Assembly: GCA_023389255.1 (NCBI GenBank)
Contig: JAEWER010000019.1
Span: 106,661 to 170,660, forward strand
DNA from: Bacillota bacterium
GTDB lineage: Bacteria > Bacillota > Clostridia > Saccharofermentanales > DTU023
Length of the DNA stretch: 64,000 nucleotides
Reading direction: 5' to 3'
In this document: positions 57,080 through 64,000 of the stretch, in pieces
How positions within the stretch are numbered: the stretch's first letter is position 1
Layout of the letters: each line of letters begins with the position of its first letter
The notes under the pieces: generated by a model
Database searches by the model: none
Told to the model about the DNA's origin: nothing
Seen by the model: the letters and a program-made list of their open reading frames with translations, nothing else
Translations under genes and position numbers: made by a program

Positions 57080-58540
57080 ATGGCTAATTTTCAATTAGAT
57101 CAGACTAAAGCTCCTTTGTATGAAGCTTTGCGAGAGTATAGAAATAAGCGCATGGTCGCTTTTGATGTTCCAGGGCATAAACAAGGCAAGGGCAACCCCG
57201 AGTTAACTACTTTCTTAGGTAAGGATTGTTTATCCGTGGATGTAAATTCCATGAAGATGCTCGACAATCTAATTCACCCTGTATCGGTAATTAAAGAAGC
57301 TGAAGAATTAGCCGCAGATGCCTTTGGTGCTAAAGGTTGCTTTTTTATGGTCAACGGTACCTCTTCAGCTGTGCAGGCGATGGTACTCTCTACTGTTAAT
57401 CCAGGCGAAAAAATTATTATGCCTCGCAATGTGCATAGGTCTGCGATCAATGCCTTGATCATGGCAAGAGCAATCCCTGTTTACGTTAATCCAGATGAGG
57501 ACAAAGAGCTGGGCATACCTTTGGGAATGTCGGTTGCAGATATCGAGCAAGCAATTAAAGAAAACCCTGATGCTGTCGCTATTTTGGTCAACAACCCTAC
57601 CTACTATGGCGTTTGTGCCAATCTCAAAGAGATTGTTAAGTTAGCACATGCATACAATATGAAAGTCTTAGTAGACGAAGCACACGGTACACATTTCTAT
57701 TTTTCCGATAAATTACCGCTTTCAGCCATGCAAGCAGGTGCAGATATGGCGGCAGTGAGCACCCACAAAACAGGTGGTTCGCTCACCCAAAGTTCTTTAT
57801 TACTTGCAGGCGAAAATATGGCAGAAGATCTGGGGTATATCAGACAAATTATCAATTTAACGCAGACCACCAGCGCTTCTTACCTGCTCACATCATCGCT
57901 GGATATTACTAGACGGAATTTAGCGCTCAACGGGCAAAAAACATTTGAACGTGTTTTGAATTTGGCGGAATACGCTAGAGCAGAAATCAATACCGATGGC
58001 GGATTTTACGCTTTTGGTAATGAACGCTGTAATGGGGATTCATTTTATAGTTTTGATGCAACTAAACTATCCATCCATACGCGTCGAATAGGTTTAGCAG
58101 GCATCGAAGTCTACGATATTTTGCGCGATGAATACGATATTCAAACTGAATTTGGCGATTTAGGTAACCTGTTAGCTATTATTTCTATTGGCGATCGTCC
58201 TAACGCAGTAGAAAGACTGCTAGGAGCTCTGATAGATATTAAACGTCGCTGGGGCAAGTCGCCTGACACTTTGATGGTAGGAGAATATATTGCCCCTAAG
58301 GTTGTGATGACACCAGCAGAAGCCTTCTATGCTAAGTCTGTACAATTACCTTTGGCAGAAACGGTAGGTAGAATTTGTACAGAATTTGTGATGTGTTACC
58401 CACCGGGTATCCCGATTTTAGCTCCTGGCGAAGAGGTGACAAAAGAGGCTCTTGACTATATCAAGCAAGCTAAAGAGAAAGGTTGTTCGATGACGGGTAC
58501 AGAGGATCTCAGCCTTAACAAATTGCATGTAGCTATCTAA
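57080..58540 (+). CDS. speA: PLP-dependent Orn/Lys/Arg decarboxylase (Bacillus SpeA-type arginine decarboxylase)
   Basis: OKR_DC_1-family layout with the PLP-lysine motif AVSTHKTGGSLTQSS. The polyamine gene context supports the call. Confidence 0.8.
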   Translation: MANFQLDQTKAPLYEALREYRNKRMVAFDVPGHKQGKGNPELTTFLGKDCLSVDVNSMKMLDNLIHPVSVIKEAEELAADAFGAKGCFFMVNGTSSAVQAMVLSTVNPGEKIIMPRNVHRSAINALIMARAIPVYVNPDEDKELGIPLGMSVADIEQAIKENPDAVAILVNNPTYYGVCANLKEIVKLAHAYNMKVLVDEAHGTHFYFSDKLPLSAMQAGADMAAVSTHKTGGSLTQSSLLLAGENMAEDLGYIRQIINLTQTTSASYLLTSSLDITRRNLALNGQKTFERVLNLAEYARAEINTDGGFYAFGNERCNGDSFYSFDATKLSIHTRRIGLAGIEVYDILRDEYDIQTEFGDLGNLLAIISIGDRPNAVERLLGALIDIKRRWGKSPDTLMVGEYIAPKVVMTPAEAFYAKSVQLPLAETVGRICTEFVMCYPPGIPILAPGEEVTKEALDYIKQAKEKGCSMTGTEDLSLNKLHVAI

Positions 58541-58585
58541 TAAAATTAAAAGCGTAATTGATCAAACAAAAGGAAGGGTCTTGTG

Positions 58586-59431
58586 ATGAGTCTTTGGTTC
58601 AGTGAATTACACACCCCTAATGTGAAGCTATCTTTCAAAATTAAGCAACAATTATTTGCCAAAGAGAGTGATTACCAACGCATCGAAATCTTTGATACTT
58701 ACGACTGTGGCAAAATGCTAGTTTTAGATGAGCAAGTGATGCTGACAGAAAAAGATGAATTTATTTATCATGAGATGCTGACTCATGTCCCCTTAGCTGT
58801 TAATCCTGATATAGAGACAGTTTTAGTGATCGGTGGTGGCGATGGCGGTATTCTGCGAGAGTTGAGCAGATACCCGCAGATCAAACACTTAGAATTAGTT
58901 GAGTTAGATGAGCAGGTGGTAAAAGCCTGCCAAAAGTATTTACCGAAAACAGCTTGTGGATTTGCTGATCCCAGAGTCAAATTAATCTACGCTGATGGTC
59001 TGCGCTATGTACGCACCAAAACCAATGCCTATGATCTGATTGTGGTAGACTCTACCGATCCGTTTGGTCCTAGTGAAAGTTTGTTTACCAGAGAATTTTA
59101 TGGCAATTGCTATAACGCTCTCACCGAAAAAGGTATTTTAGTTAATCAGCATGAGAGCCCGTACTATATTCGTAATCGTAATGAAGTAAGCAAGATCAGA
59201 CGTAAGATGCAGGCGGTGTTTGAGAATAATTATCTCTATCAGGCACATATTCCGAGTTATCCGTCAGGTCACTGGTTGTATGGCTTCTCCTCTAAATGTC
59301 TACATCCCATAAAAGATTTGCAGGCAGAACGTTGGTTAAAACTGGGATTAAAAACTGATTACTATAATCTCAAGTTGCATCAAGGAGCGTTCGCACTGCC
59401 CAACTATGTGTTGGAATTGTTACGCGATTAG
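58586..59431 (+). CDS. speE: Spermidine synthase (polyamine aminopropyltransferase)
   Basis: YQRIEIFDT, VLVIGGGDGGILRE and DLIVVDSTDPFGP. Confidence 0.9.
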   Translation: MSLWFSELHTPNVKLSFKIKQQLFAKESDYQRIEIFDTYDCGKMLVLDEQVMLTEKDEFIYHEMLTHVPLAVNPDIETVLVIGGGDGGILRELSRYPQIKHLELVELDEQVVKACQKYLPKTACGFADPRVKLIYADGLRYVRTKTNAYDLIVVDSTDPFGPSESLFTREFYGNCYNALTEKGILVNQHESPYYIRNRNEVSKIRRKMQAVFENNYLYQAHIPSYPSGHWLYGFSSKCLHPIKDLQAERWLKLGLKTDYYNLKLHQGAFALPNYVLELLRD

Positions 59432-59594
59432 CACTAAAAGCACCTATTTAACGTAATTTATACGCATTAAATACCGCTAGTAGTGGTATGGAAATAAAAG
59501 ATAGTTTAAGGTATAGCATTATCAAAAAGTGTAGCTAATGATAAAGATAGACTTTAGCTATACGAAGCTATATTTGTGGAAGATAGGAGGTTGT

Positions 59595-60329
59595 ATGTCA
59601 TCCAAAGCAATTATCGGTATCAGCGGTAGCTGGATGTTAGATGAAGATGGTATGTTTCCTGGTTATGCCAGAGCATATGTTAATCACGATTATGTACGTT
59701 CAGTGACTGAAGCCGGCGGTATCCCCATGGTCTTGCCCTATGTAGAAAAAGCAGACCGCGAAGTAATTATCGAACAATGGTTAGAGCAAGTAGATGGCGT
59801 GATTTTGACTGGTGGTCAAGATTTATATCCACCTTTTTACGGTCAAGAGGCACGTGCAAAATTGTCTACCGTTTGGCCAGAAAGAGATGAGTTCGATACC
59901 ATGCTCTATCAAAAGGCACTAGAAAAGAAAGTTCCGATTTTGGGCATCTGTCGAGGCTTTCAATTGATCAATGCGTTGCGCAGTGGTGAATTATTGCAAG
60001 ATCTGAGTTATGCCGATCATGAATTGCTAAAACATTGGCAAGCTCATTCTCCCACCATGCATATCCACGAGGTTAAATTCGAAAAAGGATCTACTTTTGC
60101 TGAACTGTTTGGTGAAAGTGCGATGACCAACAGTTTCCATCACCAAGCTGTCATGCGTGCAGGTGAGGGGTTGAAGGCTGTTGGACACACTAGCGATGGT
60201 GTTATTGAAGCGGTGGAAGATAAGGAACACCGTATTTTGGCAACGCAATTCCATCCAGAGATGACATCGGGAGTTAGCGAGGGTGAGGCGAAATTGTTTA
60301 AGCACTTTGTGGAGATGTGTACAAAGTAA
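59595..60329 (+). CDS. Class I glutamine amidotransferase-like, peptidase C26 (gamma-glutamyl-GABA hydrolase PuuD family)
   Basis: Nucleophile elbow LGICRGFQL plus the His/Glu region ATQFHPE. The ATG at 59595 has an AGGAGG RBS. Confidence 0.8.
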   Translation: MSSKAIIGISGSWMLDEDGMFPGYARAYVNHDYVRSVTEAGGIPMVLPYVEKADREVIIEQWLEQVDGVILTGGQDLYPPFYGQEARAKLSTVWPERDEFDTMLYQKALEKKVPILGICRGFQLINALRSGELLQDLSYADHELLKHWQAHSPTMHIHEVKFEKGSTFAELFGESAMTNSFHHQAVMRAGEGLKAVGHTSDGVIEAVEDKEHRILATQFHPEMTSGVSEGEAKLFKHFVEMCTK

Positions 60330-60405
60330 GCACATTTAACGCTAGATCTGAAACTAACATAAACTCAAACCCAACTCTAAACTAATGAATTTGAGGAGAC
60401 GAACA

Positions 60406-61797
60406 ATGTCAATTTCCAAGCAGAGCGTAAAGCGCTTCGGCTACTGGTCGATTGTGCTTTTAGCCATCAATAGTATTATCGGTACAGGTATCTTCCTAAA
60501 CCCCAAGTCAGTTATTTTACTCTCCGGTACATGGGCACCCGTAGTATATATCGGTGCGGCTGTTTTTGCCTGTGTGCTCGCAGTTACTTTTGCTTCTGCA
60601 GCTAAGTATACCCGTAAAAATGGTGCAGCTTTTGCTTATTCAACGGTTGCCTTTGGTGATAGTGTAGGCCTTTATATTGGCATTACCCGTTTCGTTGCAG
60701 GTGCTATTGCTTGGGGCGTTATGGCGACCGCCGTCGTTTCAAGTACCATTGAAATTTTCATGGGTAAAGAAAATAAGACGTTTACCAATGTGACCATTGG
60801 TTTCTTGCTGTTAATGGCAGTTGTTTTAGGAATTATTTTCTCAGGTACCTACGTCACTAAGATTTTCAGCAACCTGTCCACAGTAGGTAAAGTGGCAGCT
60901 TTGGCAGTTGCCATCATCGCTGGTTTAGTTATTTTCATCAAAACTGGTGAAAACCACATGCATGAAGTAAACAGCGTCTTAAACGATGCAGGTGAACCTG
61001 TGGTAAAACCCATGAACTTTAATCTGTTCATCACAAGTGTAATCGCAGCTTTCTACGCTTTTACTGGCTTTGAATCAGTTGCTTCTGCCGCCAGTGAGAT
61101 GGAAGAACCGGAAAAGAATTTACCCAAAGCAATTCCTGTAGCTATCGGCATCATTGCTTTAGTGTACGTAGGTATTGTTACATCAGCTATGTTGGCAAAT
61201 CCTGTAGCTATTATGCAAAGCAAAGATACCGTTGGTTTAGCTTCTGCCTACAGCAATCCTTGGATCAAAAACATCATAACTTATGGTGCTGTGCTCTCCA
61301 TGTTTGGTATCAATATCGCAGCTGGTTTCTCCACGCCGCGCGTATTTGAAGCTATGGTTGATGAAGGTCATTTACCCAGCTTCTTAAGCAAGCGCTCCAA
61401 AAACGGTGTGCCTGTTACAGCATTTATTGTGACAGCAGCTATGGCTATTATTGTGCCGATGGCTTTCCACTACGATATGCAAGGAATTATGATTATTTCT
61501 TCAATTTCACGTTTTGCTCAATTCTTGGTTGTACCTATGGCAGTCATTGTTTGCTATAAAGGTATGGCGAAAAAACAAATTTTACAGGCTAAGGGCAATG
61601 TGATAACTGACGTAATCGTACCCATCTTAGGATTCTTGCTCACAGTCTTGTTACTGGCAATGTTTAGCTGGCGCTCCAGCTTCTCCTTAGAAGATGGAAG
61701 CCTGAACTACTATGCTATTTCAGCCATGATTTTTGGTTATGTAATTTTACCGCTTTTGGTTTACATTCCCTACAAAGCAGGCAAGTTCAAAAAATAA
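60406..61797 (+). CDS. APC-superfamily amino acid/polyamine permease
   Basis: About 12 TM helices with an N-terminal INSIIGTGIF-type motif. Confidence 0.8.
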   Translation: MSISKQSVKRFGYWSIVLLAINSIIGTGIFLNPKSVILLSGTWAPVVYIGAAVFACVLAVTFASAAKYTRKNGAAFAYSTVAFGDSVGLYIGITRFVAGAIAWGVMATAVVSSTIEIFMGKENKTFTNVTIGFLLLMAVVLGIIFSGTYVTKIFSNLSTVGKVAALAVAIIAGLVIFIKTGENHMHEVNSVLNDAGEPVVKPMNFNLFITSVIAAFYAFTGFESVASAASEMEEPEKNLPKAIPVAIGIIALVYVGIVTSAMLANPVAIMQSKDTVGLASAYSNPWIKNIITYGAVLSMFGINIAAGFSTPRVFEAMVDEGHLPSFLSKRSKNGVPVTAFIVTAAMAIIVPMAFHYDMQGIMIISSISRFAQFLVVPMAVIVCYKGMAKKQILQAKGNVITDVIVPILGFLLTVLLLAMFSWRSSFSLEDGSLNYYAISAMIFGYVILPLLVYIPYKAGKFKK

Positions 61798-61816
61798 ATG
61801 CTAAATGAAAGAGTAG

Positions 61817-61843
61817 AAAAGGGGTTCATTTTGAACCCCTTTT
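61817..61843. terminator. Bidirectional terminator shared by the permease gene and speB
   Basis: AAAAGGGGTTCA-TTT-TGAACCCCTTTT. It overlaps the speB stop codon. Confidence 0.85.
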
Positions 61844-62708
61844 ATTTGCTAGCAAGCATGATGCACAATTCTCGTAAAATTTTGCAGGCAGCTGCCGTAG
61901 ATACACCAGATTGATCGTAATGGGGGGATAATTCCATAATATCTATGCCCACAATATTGCAGTCTTTATAGGCTAGTAAGGCGTTGAGCAGTTGCATAAA
62001 AGTAGCTCCGCCAGGTTCAGGTGTACCTGTGCCCGGCAGGACGGATGGATCTAACACATCTAGATCCAACGTTAAATAGATTGGTGTTTTAGCAGAAGCG
62101 AGTTTTTCGGCAACCAAGCTGGCATCATCTAGCGTTAGCGGATGAAAATCTAAATGCTCTTTCGCAAAAGCAAATTCTTCTTTTAAGCCAGAGCGGATAC
62201 CGAAAGAGTGAATTTTTTGATCTCCTACAAGTTCCCAGCAACGCTTGATTACAGAGGCATGTGACAATTCGTTACCCAAGTAATCATCACGTAAATCGGT
62301 ATGAGCATCGAAGTGAACGATTTCCAAATTAGGATAGTGCTTAACGCATTCACGCACAGGACCTAAAGTGAGTAAGTGTTCACCACCTATCATTAGCGGA
62401 ATTGCTTTTTTTGCCAAAATCTGTGCTGTCTGCTCTTCTAAAGTTTGTAAAGTTTTAGTTTGTACACCAAAGGGAAGTTCCAAATCACCTAAGTCATAGA
62501 CTTTGTAATTTAATAAATCTAAATCTTGGTAGGGGCTATAAGTTTCTAAGCCAAAAGATTCTTCACGCATACGAGCGGGCGCAAAGCGAGTGCCGGGTCT
62601 AAAGCTACAAGTACTGTCGTAAGGTGCACCGTAGACTAATACACGAGCATCTGTTGCATCTTCGGCAAAGCCACAAAAAGTTAAGCGATTACTTTCTAAA
62701 TTAACCAT
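61842..62708 (-). CDS. speB: Agmatinase
   Basis: Ureohydrolase Mn-binding motifs GGEH, DAHTDL and LTLDLDVLDP. The ATG at 62708 has a GGGAGGA RBS. Confidence 0.9.
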   Translation of the reverse strand: MVNLESNRLTFCGFAEDATDARVLVYGAPYDSTCSFRPGTRFAPARMREESFGLETYSPYQDLDLLNYKVYDLGDLELPFGVQTKTLQTLEEQTAQILAKKAIPLMIGGEHLLTLGPVRECVKHYPNLEIVHFDAHTDLRDDYLGNELSHASVIKRCWELVGDQKIHSFGIRSGLKEEFAFAKEHLDFHPLTLDDASLVAEKLASAKTPIYLTLDLDVLDPSVLPGTGTPEPGGATFMQLLNALLAYKDCNIVGIDIMELSPHYDQSGVSTAAACKILRELCIMLASK

Positions 62709-62720
62709 GTATCCTCCCAA

Positions 62721-63668
62721 TTATCGCTGTTCAACATAGGGTAATAAACGGGCGTAGCCCAGTTCTCTCATCTTAGTTAAAGGTACAAAACGAAGAGATA
62801 GTCCGTTGATACAAAACCGTAAGCCTCCTTTAGCGCTAGGTCCATCCTCGAACACGTGTCCTAAATGAGAATTAGAGGCTAGAGCCGAGACTTCAGTTCT
62901 TTGTAGCATGAAGCGAAAATCTTCTCTATACCGAATGATGTCAGTGGTAATAGGCATGGTAAAGCTAGGCCAGCCACAACCGGCATCAAACTTATCGTCT
63001 GAGGAAAATAGAGGTTGTCCGCCGACAATGTCAACATAAATTCCTGGCTCTACCACCTTGTTATATTCGTGACTGTGAGGAGCTTCTGTGCCCTGTTCTT
63101 GCGTTACTTTATAAGCATATTCATCGAGCTTTTCTTTAATTTGCTTAAGTTCATCTTCGTCAGCTTGCGGTGGATATAGCACAACAGACAAAGCTTTTTT
63201 AGGATTGATGTGACAATAGCCATCAGGATTTTTCGTTAAATAATTTTGATGATATTCTTCAGCTGGAACATAATTTTTTACTGCTTCTAATTCGATAGCA
63301 GATATTTGTCCTAAACTCTCATCTAATAGCGCTAGTGATTCACGAGCGATGCGCTCGCTTAAATCATCTTCTGTCTCGAAATAAATACCAGTGCGGTATT
63401 GTCTACCCTGGTCAGCTCCTTGCTGATTTACGCTCAATGGATCGATTACACAATAGAAACGATCTAAAATTTCGGCTAGCTTTATTCTGTTAGGATCGTA
63501 GCTGATCTTGACACACTCAGCATGATCTGTTTCTTTGATAGCGTTATAATTGGTCTGTTCTGTCTTGCCGTTGATGTAACCAACTTCGGTTTGACAGATG
63601 CCAGGAAGTTGTTGAAAGAAGGATTCTGCTCCCCAAAAACAACCAGCGGCTAAAAAAATTGTTCGCAT
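62721..63668 (-). CDS. msrAB: Bifunctional peptide methionine sulfoxide reductase MsrA/MsrB
   Basis: MsrA motif GCFWGAE at the N-terminus and MsrB motif GLRFCINGLSL near the C-terminus. Confidence 0.92.
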   Translation of the reverse strand: MRTIFLAAGCFWGAESFFQQLPGICQTEVGYINGKTEQTNYNAIKETDHAECVKISYDPNRIKLAEILDRFYCVIDPLSVNQQGADQGRQYRTGIYFETEDDLSERIARESLALLDESLGQISAIELEAVKNYVPAEEYHQNYLTKNPDGYCHINPKKALSVVLYPPQADEDELKQIKEKLDEYAYKVTQEQGTEAPHSHEYNKVVEPGIYVDIVGGQPLFSSDDKFDAGCGWPSFTMPITTDIIRYREDFRFMLQRTEVSALASNSHLGHVFEDGPSAKGGLRFCINGLSLRFVPLTKMRELGYARLLPYVEQR

Positions 63669-63720
63669 AAAAACCTCTCGATTGCGTTAGTAACTACAAC
63701 TAAAGTTAACACATAGCTAA

Positions 63721-64000
63721 ATGAAAACTCGTAATTTTTATCAACGTAGAGATCTTTGTCTGATCATTATAGTTTTATTGGTTTCTGGTGCCGTCTGGTG
63801 GCTCACTAGTCAAAACCGCTTGATTAGCGATGATCTAGTAGCAAGAGTACAGAGTTCAGGAGATATAGTGTTAGAAATACCGCTTAACTCAGCTCATTTT
63901 GGCACTTATCAGGTGCCAGATAAGCAGGTGGAGTTGGAAGTGAGTGAAAAGGGTATTCGCTTTTTGCACAGCAACTGTCCCGATCAGATTTGTGTTAATG
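63721..64000 (+). CDS. NusG domain II-containing membrane-anchored protein, 3'-partial
   Basis: My translation is MKTRNFYQRRDLCLIIIVLLVSGAVWWL...IRFLHSNCPDQICVN. The frame stays open to the window end. The CPDQICV motif is typical of this family. It is absent from the ORF track because it is incomplete. Confidence 0.55.
   Translation, partial: MKTRNFYQRRDLCLIIIVLLVSGAVWWLTSQNRLISDDLVARVQSSGDIVLEIPLNSAHFGTYQVPDKQVELEVSEKGIRFLHSNCPDQICVN

Overview
This 64-kb chromosomal segment comes from a low-GC Gram-positive genome. I place it in Bacillota, Clostridia-like, from sortase-type sorting signals, a Spo0A_C-type regulator, an S-box riboswitch and Bacillus-style YhaO/YhaN genes; that placement is by eye, not by search. 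Most of the window is housekeeping. It holds metK behind a SAM-I riboswitch, eno, gpmA, ldh, a flavodoxin, pstSCAB, the str operon (rpsL-rpsG-fusA-tuf), an SbcD/SbcC-like pair, polyamine genes (speA, speE, speB), msrAB and two monocistronic tRNAs (Arg-ACG, Val-GAC). Envelope and accessory modules are interspersed: a compact Tad/Flp-type pilus locus ending in an FHA-domain gene, an MMPL transporter coupled to a secreted YhgE/Pip-like heptad-repeat protein, a long glutamine-synthetase-family gene coupled to a small FUSC/ArAE-like membrane protein, a Zn-dependent secondary alcohol dehydrogenase next to a COG0523 GTPase, a VanW protein, two surface proteins with xKTG sorting signals (a dispersin-B-like GH20 and a SHIRT/FIVAR/Rib adhesin), and a surface-glycan locus whose distal half is visibly decayed. 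I saw no transposase, integrase, CRISPR array, rRNA, prophage or canonical defence system. The items most worth a second look are: (1) the Tad locus with a fused TadBC, a late pilin, no peptidase or minor pilins and an FHA protein; (2) a Spo0A-like protein whose receiver domain appears internally truncated and lacks the phospho-acceptor region; (3) three consecutive broken genes, including a licD-family gene interrupted in an A7 tract; (4) the MMPL/YhgE-like pair. All functional calls rest on motif and family recognition by eye. No database search was run.
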